The position numbers and the translations under genes were made by a program. The notes under the pieces were generated by a model. That model was given only the letters and a program-made list of their open reading frames with translations. It did not search any database and was not told the origin of the DNA. Of a stretch of DNA of 58,100 nt, positions 1 to 13,635 are shown in pieces. The DNA comes from Toensbergia leucococca (taxonomy: Eukaryota), in NCBI GenBank assembly GCA_022813965.1, contig JALDZS010000011.1, positions 186,001 to 244,100 on the forward strand, in the 5' to 3' direction. The number at the start of each line of letters is the position of its first letter. The stretch's first letter is position 1.

Positions 1-1581
1 TCTTGACACGGTCGGAAGGATGATTGAATAATTGTACTCGGCGAATCTGATTTAGGATAGGATCCTCAGAGTCATTGGCCATGTTGTGTGTGACGACTGG
101 AGGAAGAGCATTGCGCTTCATCCCAAACAACCGCCGCCGAAGCATGATTCGATCTTGGCTGCTGAGGAGGTCTTTGTGCTCTGGCACTTCGTCTCCATCG
201 TGCCATTGTAGACAACGCTCGAATAAGCGTTTTCCCACCGAGGCTTCAATGACATCAACCGTGTCACGAAGTGATTTGATGACGGCCTGTCCTTTAAGTG
301 CCTCCACGGTAAGGGATGATGTTTGAGCTGGCATGATGATAAATGCAACGACAGTCATCTTGGACCCTGATGATTTCAAGCGATGATTTAAACGGGCCAG
401 AGACTCAATGAACATATCCACACCTTTATTCCTATATTCATACCGTCCAGCTGTGAAAAAATACAGCGTATTCTCAGGCTCGAAGTCATTGTGGCCGTAA
501 AAATGGCCCCGCACGAAGTCATGGATCTTTTCCTTGGATTGCTGATGAAGATTTTGGAATTCGTGCATAGCAGAGAATTTCTTCACATTGAGACCATTTG
601 GCAAGACGCCGTCAGGCTTTCGCTTAAGCAGATGCTCACTTTCGTAGGCAGTGATGTGAGAGACAGTAGTGAATACATCTGTTGCATGAGTTGCTGCACG
701 TTCGATACAGTAGCGATGGTAGATGCCACGTTTGCCAGCCTCAGCATCGACGTCGAAGTACTGGAGATTATTGTAGAAGTCAACGGACCCGGCGCAAAGG
801 TACCTTCCTAAGAGTGTGGCATGCGTCGTGAAGATGGTCGTCACATCTATTCTCCGCTTCTTGGTCAAGGGAAGGGCGACGCCGGCTAGCCATTCGTGAA
901 AATGGGCAATGATTGCTTTGTTCTTTTCGTGAGAAACGAACTATAATATTGTTAGCTCAAATCGCCATTCCAAGACTTGAAGCTCATACCTCGCCGAGGA
1001 ACCAAGCAACAAGATAACCGAAAACCACAGCTTCATTCGTCTCGTCATCTCCAGGAGGTACAGGGATACCTGCAGTATTCCACAAATCTGCCTTCCACTC
1101 ATCCAGCCAGCGGTAGCCAGATTTGGTGTCGATGAGAAGAACACGTGGGGCGCCTTCAATCAGCCATCTGCCATAGACCATGCCAATCCCTCGATCTTGC
1201 ATGTTCGATATTGATTCGGCAAGTTCTGGGTTCGTGGGGGTTAAAGGTTCCACCTCGACGGCGGCCTATAGAACGTGAGCATTATCGTCAAAGAAAATAA
1301 AAGGATTCCCTTACTGAAGCTCGATTAAGAGGGCCGATGAGAGTATATCGATCGCCATATTCGGCAGTTGTAACAGGGGCTTTTGATTTGATGACCGAAT
1401 AGATTCCTCCCACTGCAATGGTGTCAACAATAACGACAGTGGGGGATGCAGGTGACTTATTACCTCGATTAGCTACTTCTGTGGAGATCTCAAACAGAAC
1501 GTGGTTCTTGATATCCCGCTTCGATGAGTCGGCATCCTCCATCGTCCCATTCGTATGAGAGCCAGCGATTTCGGACGCCAT
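1..1581 (-). CDS. GSY1: Glycogen [starch] synthase, 5' part (runs off the window at position 1); three GT-AG introns at about 1413-1463, 1266-1314 and 941-989
   Basis: Spliced translation gives [74 protein letters not shown], all characteristic of GT3 glycogen synthases. Confidence 0.97.
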
Positions 1582-2649
1582 TAGGATTGAGCAGACTCAA
1601 TTGGGAGACGATAAAGAAAGCAACGTTGAATGACAATAAAACAATAGGGAAAATGTTGACCTAGAAGTTACAGATTAGCTGACAGCAATACTTCTAGTGA
1701 ATGGTTAAGCATGAAGAGACGAACGCCTCGACCTCAATTGAGACGTGCCTTTGACAATTAAATGCAGCAAGCTAGCAACGTCTTGGCGGAACAGGAAGCC
1801 AAAGGAAAGAGGAGCTTGAAGAAGAGAAGGAGAGGCCTACAATAATAGGCAGAGAGGGAAGAGACGTTGGGTTGCGGAGTTGACAAGGATGTTGGCTTTT
1901 CGCGACTAGGCCGTGTAGCTCACCCAACTTTCAGCAGCAGCAGCTTTGCCTTGTGTTCAGGATTGCACACGGGCAGTGTCACGTTTCAGCCTCTGTTGGC
2001 TACTTAGTCGTATTGAGCGAGCAGATTTGTTGTTGTACGTACATAGCTTGCACTTTGTTTCATGGTACCTTGCCATTCCTTTTCTTTTTTGGTCTTTCAG
2101 TCCTGGAGCAGCTGTTGAGGGCGTCATTCCTCGAATGCGGGGAGAGCTCCACGTTGGCGGCGAATTGGACCCCGCCGCTGACCAATAATAGGGCCGAGAG
2201 GCTTCATGTAGCCAATCATTTTACAAGATATCAGATAGAGTAGATCCACGGCCCTAATTCTGTTCGCCATCTCTAAGGTAAATACTCCATCACTCAAGCT
2301 TGTTTTAATACTGTATTCAGACTGATCTACGAATACATCGACTTTCAGTTACACGAATCTTACGTGGCAGAAATATTCCATCTGTAAAATAGATCCACCG
2401 TGAGGGGACCACCCGCTAGAAGTGCAGCGAGTGAGACCTATACGCTAACCTAAAGTGGTATGTGATTAATATCAGTGATTTATAGTCATATATATAAGAG
2501 TTCATTGCATTATCTATATATGATATCTATGGACTATATCTATCTACGAAGTATATATCTAATTCTAAGAAATTGAGTATAGAGTCGAGTAAGAAATGAA
2601 GATAACATGCACTTTGTATGATCATTTGTCACATTTCTCTAAGCATCAT

Positions 2650-2925
2650 ACCTAGTCATTAGCATGATAATTTGAACTACGTGGGTATTATGAAATTGAT
2701 CAAGTAGATGAAGGAGAATAGTTGATGGAATTGTAGATGGAAATGTCGCGTTTCTCTAACCACCATTGCCATTAGCATGGTAATTCGAATTAGGTGGGCA
2801 TAGAATTGATTGAGTAGATAGAGGAGAACAGTTGGTGAAATCCCTAGCCACCATTGCCATTAGCATGGTAATTCAAATTAGGTGGGCATGAAATCGATGG
2901 AGTAGATGAAGAAGATGAAAAATTT
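2650..2925. repeat. Three degenerate tandem copies of a ~90-110 bp unit
   Basis: Core CATTAGCATGRTAATTYRAAYTASGTGGG...AGTAGAT recurs at about 2657, 2769 and 2858. Confidence 0.8.
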
Positions 2926-3639
2926 TCATCAGTAGCCCGAACACATCGCTAGGTAACCTAGATAGGCATAGCACCATCACCTTAAACCCAAAACAGTAAC
3001 TGTCGACCTCACGTGATTGCACCATAGGCGAGGTCCGTCTGAAAACACCTCACTGTAAATGCATCTCGCTTCGCTCGCTGCAATAATTGAAGTACCACCT
3101 TTCAGCTCATTGAGTGATTTCTGGAGAAAAGACGACGAAAGCCTCTTTGGCTCGGAGATATGAGAGGGTGAAAACAAGAGGTAGATAGCTCTTGATCTAC
3201 ACGAGAGACATCGAGATTTAGTACATAACGTTGTAGGATGAACCTGGGTACGAAGACAAAGTCAAATCTTAGAACGTTACGAGGGATGTACGTCGTATGA
3301 TCTGTATGATTCCAACTTTCTAATTCGAGAACCTCAAACAGAGGGAGCTGGAGATGAATGGCTCTAGGGAATTGACGCAGAAACATGACGCATTTGTAGC
3401 CTGTCCCCAAATCAACAATCTACCTACCTGATGCTCCAGTCCACGCCCCCGCGTCCGCCGATGCAGTGTGCTAAAAAGGGGTAGTTGATGCAATCTGAAG
3501 ATAGCAAAAATCCTTGCCCTGATGATACTCCAAATCTCAAGTTCCCAAACCACAACGACCATAAAGCCCCCTCATTCACATAAATACGATCGCCATTTCA
3601 TGTGCTGCCTAACATAGAAAAAGGGTTGGGTTCCAAAAC

Positions 3640-5803
3640 CTATGGCATGGTCGTCGGTGGCTCGTACGACGTTCGACTAAGACTTGCCCGTTGTGACCCA
3701 TTTGAATTTATCCGTCGTCTCGAATTCGGCTCAACTTCTTTTGACCATCTATTTGACGGACCAGTCAGATATGATAAAGTGAGGACTTTGGACATTACTT
3801 ACATCCTAACTTTCCTATCGTCTCCACCAGACGCAAACATGCATGGGTCTGCTGGATTCCAAGCTACGGCATTTACGCACCCACTGGAATGACCCTCAAG
3901 CGTTTCAATGAGCGTGCCATTCTCTTTATGCCAGATATAGACTTTGGAGTCTGGTAATCGGATTAGCACTTTCAAAGAGAAACCTAGGGAATAACACGAA
4001 CCTTCGCTGCCACTAATCACAAGGTTTTCATCGGCACCGCCAAACGCACTTCTTATCACAAAAGCTCCCTGTTTTTGTCCCAAAAACCTTCGAACGATCT
4101 CAGCTGTCTCGATATCTATCAGCTGGACCTCATTGTCGGCCATGTTTACGAGCATGTATCTGGAGTCATGGCTAATGCTGATACAAGTTAATTTAGTCTT
4201 GAGCTGGATGGCATATTCCTCTTCACGAGTGACGTAATTATACACAAATATCTGCTTTTCCGGCGAAATCACTACAAGTCGCTGTCCGTCTGGGGAAATT
4301 GCACAATCTTGTATTCGGTAATCCGTCGACCAGGTATAGGAGGATCGGCCACTTAGACTCCAGACACATAATTGTGACTGCTTATCGAGCGATCCTGTAA
4401 CAAAGCTCTCACCATCAGGTGCCCATGAAGCTGTTGTGACCGGCTGAGAATGATGATCGATTGTTAATATGCATTTGCCAGACTTTTTTGGGCCAAGTCA
4501 GTAATCTTTCTCAACATGCCGACGAGAAAACTAGTACGTACAACTGTATCCCACACCATGGCCTTATGATCATGAGAGCAAGTAATCAGCTTTGAGTCGT
4601 CCGGACTCCATGTCAGGTAGGCAACGTGATCGTTATGGTCGGTTAATGTATGTTGCACCTGAAATGTGCTTGTGTCATAGACAACCACTGTGCTATCCGA
4701 ACCACTTGTTGCTAGCCTCGTTCCGTCATGTGAAAATTGGAGGTACCATACTTCACCAGCATTGTGGCTTAACTCGAGAACAGTCCGAAGTGGAAATTGA
4801 CTTCGATCACACATATGATCAGAGAATAGAGAGGGTGAAGTTGAGGGATTGTGATATAAGCATTTCGAAATTTGGGTTTGTTTTAGTTGATCGAGCAAGA
4901 CCGCTAGACGATGTTCGGGTATCATCACGGACGGCGAGATTGATTCTGCGTAGCCTTCGTCAGCTGGCAATACGCCATTTTAGTCAGGAAAGAACACCAT
5001 ATACTTGACAGTTCTTGGAGTAACGTCCGCCTCGATCGACCAGCAGCACCATCCCAATGGGCTTGTGCTTTAAGATCATCCGCCGATTGACATACAATCA
5101 AGCTATTACAAGTCAGATCTCAAGCTAAGTAAACACTGCGGATTCAAAGGTCTGGATACGCAATGCGAGGAGCGGGTTCAAACCTTGAAAGACTGTGCAA
5201 CTTTCCAGTATCTTGATGTAGAGGCGTCAATTCTTGGCGCAGAACCATCAATGCATTTCCCAGATCTCTTTCTTCAAGTAACTCTAGGTACTTCTGTTCT
5301 CGCATCTTGAACTTTAGTTCGTCACGATCCGCACTCTGTGCAAGGGTAAGGCCTTGATGATAATGCGGGTCGCCATTACTGATACTGACGCCTCCGCCTT
5401 CATCCGAAGTGTATGATCCAAATAGAAGTGACTCTGCCTCTGACCATTCTCCTTGAAGAACAGCATGTCGAAACGCCGCTACGGACGGACTTTCGACCTC
5501 ATAGCCACTTTCTTGGCTTAATCTGTTTGCGGCTTCATGATACCCAAGGTCCCCCAAGCCTTGTATTAGCAGACGTGTAACCTCTTCTCGATCATGTCCA
5601 TAAAAATTCAGGGGCTTCCCTCTGATTACCGAGCCGTTCGTGTACGTTGGGAAACCGTTGGCTGTAGCAGAGTGGCCGTTCATAGATTTCGAAGCTCCAG
5701 CTTTGTGCATTGTCGAAAGGGGAGAACCATTAAGGTGACTCCGTGCGCCATTGGACGTGGCATTCGAAGAGTTAGGATCAACACGCATATTTCTACTATT
5801 CAT
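3640..5803 (-). CDS. GID7: LisH/CTLH + WD40 protein, GID/CTLH E3 ligase subunit (Gid7/WDR26-like); multi-exon; probably extended upstream by a non-AUG start (see findings)
   Basis: LisH-like REEVTRLLIQGLGDLGYHEAANRLSQESG; IPEHRLAVLL; WD repeats (EVWYLQFSHDGTRLAT, LEGHSSGCVNAVAWNP...FASGGDDRKVR); stop TAG at 3640-3642. Confidence 0.9.
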
Positions 5804-6626
5804 GAGGCGCCTTCTTTTCGGCGAAGACGGCCCTTGCCGTGGAGGCCGCAAGTCACTGCTCCTTGCGTGCCCACTGTTCGGTTCGACCGACCTTCGCGAA
5901 ATTCGTGAGACGCCTGAGAAGCTAGGTTGTTCAAGCTCCGAAGAAGAATCTCGCCGCCGGCGCCGACTCAGACCGTTCCTTGAGCTCGGAGGGTTACGGT
6001 CGGTAAGGTGCGAAGCTCTACGAGGTCTCGTAGATCCCGATATAGTATCGTCAGATGCAGAAATTTGCTCTGCTATTTGACTGTTGGCTGTCGACGGGGC
6101 CGAGGACTCTGTGATGGAAGACGCTGGAGTGGCTGGGTGGTCGGGGGCGACTGGGGTTTCTTGACTTTGGGAGGATTCGTCTGCCAGGACGAAGACAGCG
6201 GGTTTGCCGCTTATGCTGGCTGAGTCTCAAAAGTGAGAGCTCTCAGCAATAGAAAAGGGTCCACCTCGGCTTTACTGTGTATATTCCACGTAATATTGTC
6301 CTCGTCCACCTGAGCTTCCAGCTTGTTCGAAAGAGGGGAAGGAAGGTCTATGAAGCGGTATGAGACGTCTAGAGAAGACTGCGGGATTGAGCCGAAGTTC
6401 CAAAAGCAAGTAGATCCACTGCGGGTGGTGAGACAGGCAACGACGTTGGTTTAGGAAAGTGGGGTTTTGGACGAGTAGCGCAGGGACGTGGAAAAGCTGC
6501 TTTTCGTTCGACACAAATATACAGAGGCCTTGAGTATACACAATAGCGTCGTTATTAGAAAAGAGTAATCTTTGGTTGCTCGAGGTTGTCGGTGGTGGGT
6601 TTGAGTTAAGTAACTATTGAGCTATT

Positions 6627-6705
6627 CTAGGTACGAGGGTAGGTAGGTAGGTACTCGTACGTACCTAGGGGACTTTACCGATATGATACTACCTACCTAC
6701 CTACC
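6627..6705. repeat. Inverted (TAGG)n/(CCTA)n microsatellite arms in the divergent GID7-VMA1 intergenic region
   Basis: GGTAGGTAGGTAGGTA 6638-6653 is the exact reverse complement of TACCTACCTACCTACC 6690-6705; GTACGAG 6631-6637 pairs with CTCGTAC 6654-6660. Confidence 0.8.
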
Positions 6706-7608
6706 TTACGTGCTTACATAATGCATGTCAGAGCTTGTGATCTTGTCAATCCTGTTCCATTATCTAAAGGATATATGAGATCGTGAGCAATGACTCAGGT
6801 GATTCTCTTAAATCTGTCCTCAGTCGGACTGATTTTTGCTCAAAAGTCTGATAGAATACTTTATGGACTTCACGGCTGTACAATACACGACGGCCGCAAC
6901 AACAAGGCATATGCAAAGATAGAGTCAAGCATCGTTGTTCAGGCTCAAAGTACAAAAGAGTTAAATTTTGATGGAACAGATTGGACAGAGGCAGGTGACC
7001 TGCTTCACTGTGATACAGATCACTTTCTAGCTTCTCGGAGATAGCTCGCTTTATTTCCGAGCAATCCCTAGAGATAAGGTGTCTCGATGTTTAAGGTAGA
7101 ATACGAGTAGTAAAAGTACGAGTGCCATTAAACTTAATTCTTGATTATTAAATAGATTGTCATTAGCGCAGAGTCAATGGAAAAATCTCAATGAGATAAT
7201 GAAGAGCGAGATGATGAAGGGTACGAATGATACTTCATTTAGCAATCAGGTCAGATCTCGGTGACTGGTGGCACGTCTTTAACTAAGGTTGGTAGCGAAC
7301 TGCGCCCAGCCGCACCTCGATGATGAGATGTGTGATTACCACCTCGGAGCTAAATTGAGTAGCAGAGCTCTAGTCCCCTCCCAATAACGTGCATGATTGG
7401 TCTTCGACCTCGACTCAGAGCTTCAAATTCTCTCTGGAACCTGGTCAGCCATCACAATATCGATCAGCTCTCGAGGGATAAGCCACCTTGGAAGCCACTC
7501 GACAAGGAAGTTGACGAGCTACCCCCTCTTCCACTTACGCCAAGCCCAGATCACTGCGACTCCTTCTCACTTGATCAACCTATCGTTCAAACCCCCATAT
7601 TATTTAAA

Positions 7609-9863
7609 ATGCCTTCTGTAAGCATTATAAATGCCTTGGTGCTCTTAAAATCCATTTTAAATTGGCTGACCTTACCGTCTCCTTGTGCAGAAGGGCTCGA
7701 AAAGATCCAGGCAAGAGGCTGGTGAGGATCAGTATGGTACGCTGCTCAATTTCTCGCAGAAATGCCAATTCTGTGTCTCCCATGTCGAACATACTAAATC
7801 GGTTCTTGTAGGATCGATCTTTTCGGTATCGGGGTATGCTGCACATCGTTGTTCGCTTGGGAGAGTTTAGGTTGCTAATTACAGAAGGCCTGTTATTGTT
7901 GCAGAGAACATGATAGGATGTGCTATGTACGAATTGGTAATCATCTTTGCACCGGCCATGGCATTCTAAACTCGCTGATCCGTGGCTAAGGTCCGTGTGG
8001 GACACGATTCGCTGGTAGGGGAAGTCATCCGTATCGAGGCAGACAAAGCTACTGTGCAAGTGTACGAGGAGACGGGTAGGCCAAAAATGTGAAGGCTGCA
8101 ATACATCTGCTCAACGGCTAACACGGTCAATATCAAGCTGGTGTTACTGTCGGAGACCCTGTAGTGCGAACGGGAAAGCCTTTATCGGTGGAACTAGGCC
8201 CTGGACTAATGGAAACAATTTACGACGGGATTCAGCGACCATTGAAATCTATTGCAAGTGTGTCCGACAGCATTTACATTCCCCGTGGTATCGCTGTACC
8301 ATCGCTGAGCCGAGAAACGAAATGGGATTTCACACCTGGTGACCTGAAAGTTGGCGACCATATTACAGGAGGAGACATCTTTGGTAGCGTGTACGAGAAC
8401 AGTCTTTTGGACGATCACAAGATTCTACTTCCTCCCCGCGCGAGGGGAACAATAACACATATCGCCGAAAAGGGTAGTTACACCGTTGAGGACAAAGTGC
8501 TAGAGGTGGAATTTGACGGGAAAAAATCCGACTACACCATGATGCATACCTGGCCAGTGCGTGTGCCTAGACCGGTCGCAGAGAAACTGCCATCAGATTC
8601 CCCATTTATCGTCGGCCAACGTGTGCTTGATTCCCTTTTCCCTAGCGTTCAAGGGGGTACTGTCTGCATTCCGGGTGCATTTGGGTGTGGTAAGACGGTC
8701 ATCAGTCAGTCTGTGTCCAAGTTCTCGAACAGCGATATCATCATTTATGTAGGGTGCGGTGAGCGGGGCAATGAGATGGCGGAAGTCTTGATGGACTTCC
8801 CTGAGGTAATATCTGTAATCATTGTTTGAATGATCTCTGCTAATGTTACGCTTTAGCTTGAGATCGAAATCCAAGGCCGCAAAGAACCTATCATGAAACG
8901 CACATCACTTATTGCCAATACATCTAATATGCCTGTCGCTGCACGAGAGGCTTCTATTTACACAGGGATTACAGTTGCAGAGTACTTCAGGGATCAAGGC
9001 AAGAATGTTGCGATGATGGCAGATTCTACTTCTCGATGGGCAGAAGCGCTCCGAGAAATTTCCGGCCGCTTGGGAGAGATGCCAGCTGATCAAGGTTTTC
9101 CCGCGTACTTGGGGGCAAAGCTGGCTTCTTTCTACGAGCGTGCTGGTAAGATTACAGCTCTTGGAAGCCCAGAACGCGAGGGGAGCGTCAGCATCGTTGG
9201 GGCCGTCAGTCCTCCAGGGGGCGATTTCTCGGATCCAGTTACCAGCAGTACCCTTGGTATTGTTCAGGTTTTCTGGGGTCTAGATAAAAAGCTCGCCCAG
9301 AGGAAACATTTTCCATCGATCAACACTTCTCAGTCGTATAGCAAATACACCACTATCCTAGACAGGTATTACGAAAAAGACCATCCCGAATTCCCTCGTC
9401 TGAGAGACCGCATCAGGGAGCTATTGTCCAACTCTGAAGACTTAGATCAGGTCGTGCAGCTTGTTGGGAAGTCTGCACTTGGTGATCCAGACAAGATCAC
9501 TCTAGATGTTGCTGGCCTTCTCAAAGACGACTTTTTGCAACAGAACGGCTACAGCGACTACGATCAATTTTGTCCCATGTGGAAAACAGAGTACATGATG
9601 AAGGCCTTTATGGGATTCCATGACGAGAGCCAAAAGGCAATTGCGCAGGGTCATACGTGGAGCAAAGTTCGGGAATCAACAAGTGAAATTCAGAACCAGC
9701 TTAGAAGCATGAAATTCGAGGTGCCCACTGAAGGAGAAGAGAAGATCTCGAAAAAGGTAAGTTCATGACCTTTTCATGTGTTTTATTGTAGCTGACCATG
9801 GGACAGTACGATGAGTTGATCCAGAACATGACCGAAAAGTTTGCTTCTGTGACGGACGAGTAA
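7609..9863 (+). CDS. VMA1: V-type H+-ATPase catalytic subunit A; several short 5' exons; no intein
   Basis: Walker A GAFGCGKT, uninterrupted [46 protein letters not shown] 7609, TAA 9861-9863. Confidence 0.98.
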
Positions 9864-10402
9864 TCTGACATTTAAACTACTAGTAATGTCTGTAAGAAAA
9901 CAAGTTGATGGATAGAAGACTGGGTTTCACATAGCACAGATTGTAAGACAGCTTTTGGTCTTCGTCTACAGCAATGTGATGTAGCTAGAGAGGAATAGGA
10001 GCACTCACATTAGCACATTGACACCTATGATATTGATTGAGCTCAAGAACTAAGGGCGTAGACTGCAATCGCATTGTCTTTTCATGCATGCTAAGATATA
10101 ATCACCCAGTGACTTCACCACAAGGAGCTTGTCTCTATTCTTGCGTCCTCAGCTCCATCTGGAATATCCTGGTTACCTAGGTAGTGTGAGGTATTCTCGC
10201 AGGTGCCTGGCATCTCTCAGATCTATTTAGGACTAGCTTACGTATTCTTTAGAATATTGCGTACACGTAGGCTACCGAAATCTCCAGATCCTCAAGCAAT
10301 CCACTAGACAATCCTCATGCTCTCTTTGCAATACACTCTCTTTAGCGATATTGACCACGAAAAAAACCTCGCTCACTGTACTGAAAGTGTTCTCAAGCAG
10401 TG

Positions 10403-12956
10403 ATGGCCGCGCAGGCTGGCTATGCGTAAGGGTCCAAAAATCTCGTATCGAGGGCTCAACTTATCAACTATAGGATTAATGTCAATGACCCTGGATTGAT
10501 TACGCTTGTCAACAAGCTACAAGATGTGTTTACGACAGTAGGGGTAGGTGATACGCGTCCACTGGGTTTACGAGTTGGTGCAGCTTTACTGGAGCTGACT
10601 CTTATATGGCAGGTGCAAAATCCGATAGACCTTCCGCAGATAGCCGTTGTGGGGTCGCAGTCAAGTGGGAAGAGCTCAGTTCTGGAGAATATCGTTGGCA
10701 GAGACTTGTAGGATTTATCTACATAAGAGTGGGCGAGGACTGACACATAGATTGCAGCCTACCCCGGGGGACTGGTATTGTCACGAGACGACCGCTCATC
10801 TTACAGCTCATCAATAGATCTTCATCGAATCCGCCTCAAACAAATGGCGTTAATGGTGACATGAACACCTCCGACAAGGAAGCAAATTCCGAGGAGTGGG
10901 GAGAGTTTTTGCATATTCCGGGGCAGAAATACTATGACTTTAATAAGATTAGAGAAGAAATTGTCAAGGAGACAGAGTCAAAGACAGGGCGTAATGCAGG
11001 GATCTCTCCAGCCCCGATAAATCTCCGCATATATTCCCCGAACGTCCTAACTCTGACCTTGGTGGATTTGCCGGGGCTAACAAAGGTTCCTGTTGGGGAC
11101 CAGCCAAGGGATATCGAAAAACAGATCAAGGATATGGTACTGAAGCAGATACAGAAGTCTAATGCGATTATCCTGGCTGTCACCGCGGCAAACACAGATC
11201 TGGCAAACTCCGATGGATTGAAGTTGGCAAGAGAAGTTGATCCAGAGGGGCAGCGAACTATCGGTGTGCTCACAAAGGTGGACCTGATGGATGATGGCAC
11301 AGACGTTGTGGATATCCTTGCCGGACGAATCATTCCACTGCGATTAGGCTATGTACCTGTTGTTAATCGAGGGCAAAGAGATATCGAGAACAAAAAAGCC
11401 ATCTCGTTTGCCTTGGAGAATGAGAAGAACTTCTTTGAAAATCACAAGGCTTATCGAAATAAGAGTTCGTACTGTGGTACACCTTACCTAGCCCGAAAAC
11501 TTAATCTGGTAAATTCATGATATGCGGATGCTCATAGTCACGCAAGCTGCTGACGTCGTTTCAGATCCTCATGATGCACATAAAAAACACTTTACCAGAC
11601 ATCAAGGCCCGTATATCTTCATCCCTTCAAAAGTACTCAGCAGAATTAGGCCAGCTTGGCGACTCGATGCTTGGTAATAGTGCAAACATTGTTCTCACCA
11701 TCATCACGGAATTTTGCAACGAGTATCGAACGGTGCTAGATGGCAACAACCAGGAGCTATCAAGTGTCGAGCTTTCTGGCGGTGCCAGGATCAGTTTTGT
11801 TTTCCACGAATTATACTCCAATGGTGTCAAAGCTGTGGACCCATTCGATCAGGTCAAAGACATTGATATTCGGACCATTCTATACAACTCCTCTGGATCT
11901 TCGCCAGCGCTATTTGTTGGCACCACCGCGTTTGAATTGATTGTGAAGCAGCAGATCAAGCGACTCGAGGAACCGAGCCTGAAATGTGTATCTTTGGTTT
12001 ACGATGAACTTGTTCGCATTCTAGGTCAATTGCTCAACAAGCAGTTGTTTCGGCGCTATCCATCTCTCAAAGAGAAGTTTCACGCCGTGGTGATTGCATT
12101 CTTCAAGAAAATTATGGATCCGACGAATAAGTTGGTGAGGGACCTAGTAGCCATGGAGTCCTGCTACGTAAATACAGGGCACCCTGATTTCCTCAATGGG
12201 CATAGGGTAGGTGAAGTTCTTTCTCAAATCTATTCCCGAGCAAACTTGCATTCTGCTCCAGAAGAAGTCATTCATTTGCAATCTAGATCATCTACTATGC
12301 CATCTCCTTCTAAATCTAATATTTCACCGTTGCAGGCTATGGCAATTGTCAATGATCGGCACAACGCCAGCAAACCCACACAGGTAGATCCGAAGACAGG
12401 CAGGCCTTTGCCGCCTGCAGTACCGCCCCGTGCAGCTAGTCCCTCTTTGGATCTTACATCGGATGCCAATTCGGGCTTTTTCGGTAGCTTCTTCGCTCCC
12501 AAGAACAAAAAGAAGATGGCTGCGATGGAATCTCCACCCCCACAGCTCAAGGCTTCGGGCACTTTGTCAGAAAAGGAAGGTCAAGAAGTGGAAGTGATCA
12601 GTAAGTCTTAGAGGTCAATTATCATCGGAGAATATTGATCAAATCATTAGAACTCCTCATCAATTCTTACTACAATATTGTTCGGCGGACCATGATTGAT
12701 ATGGTCCCGAAAGCCATTATGCTTTCCCTTGTGCAGTAGGTCATGACTGGCATTGCTTTTTTAGTCTGCCATGCTTACTATTCTCAGGTTCACGAAGGAT
12801 GAGATGCAGCGAGAACTACTAGAGAACATGTACCGGGCCAGCGAGTTGGAGGACTTGTTAAAGGAAAGCGACTACACAATTAGAAGGAGAAAGGAATGCC
12901 AACAGATGGTGGAATCGCTGTCAAGAGCGAGTGAGATTGTTAGCCAGGTGCAGTAA
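10403..12956 (+). CDS. VPS1: Dynamin-like GTPase Vps1 (multi-exon)
   Basis: [45 protein letters not shown] insert, C-terminal GED ending [11 protein letters not shown]. Confidence 0.97.
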
Positions 12957-13292
12957 AGCATTAGTCCCAATTGGGTGGGTACTGTGAGGGGGTGAAGACA
13001 CGGCTGTTGACCAGGGCCTAACACATGCAATAGGTGGTTGGGCTCTTCCTTTCTTATCCGTACTCGCTAGGTGCCCAGGTAGTCGCGTGTCTGAAGTTTC
13101 TTGTTCGTTGGCACATAGGCATGATACCTTACTGGGGCGTTTGGTTTCCTAGCTCAAGGCAGTAATCGGTCAATGAGGTTAGCATGCTGGTTTTCGAGAG
13201 CTCCCGTATTGAGTTGGCGCGGATAGATTGTCTCTCTTCAAGTGGACTAGACCAAGACTGCTTTCCATCAACGTCGCTCTTCTACCTGCTAC

Positions 13293-13327
13293 CATGCCTC
13301 ATGCCTCATGCCTCATGCCTCATGCCT
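13293..13327. repeat. Heptanucleotide tandem repeat (CATGCCT)5
   Basis: Five perfect copies read directly. Confidence 0.9.
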
Positions 13328-13635
13328 GGTAAATAAGGCAAACAAATTCGATGGGTAATCGTAGTAGAATATGTACACGTGATTACGCGCCTGCTTCATA
13401 GCGTTAAGCAAAGCAATCTCGCAATCAGCCGCGTTCATTTAGCGTGACGTCTCAGTTGACACTCCTCCCCTCACCTCACCAACACTCCATCTATTCAGTG
13501 TGTTGCAAGGTATGTTAGCGAAATATATATACATACCACTCTTGTTCGTTTTGTATTTCCTTGCGTGCGTTTCCTTTGCTTTACACTTCCACTACCATCA
13601 TCCTGTTGCTAGAATGCTTTTCGTCAAGTCTCACA

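Noticed and set aside
2977..3562. Chain of short minus-strand ORFs with a possible intron
   Set aside because: No recognisable domain and frames do not join cleanly; at best a degraded orphan
8740..8790. VMA1 intein (VDE) insertion site
   Set aside because: [10 protein letters not shown] is continuous, so no intein is present
12207..12335. Stop-free, 3n-length introns in VPS1 (also in GSY1, GID7 and TRA1)
   Set aside because: Common by chance for short introns; no evidence of retention from sequence alone
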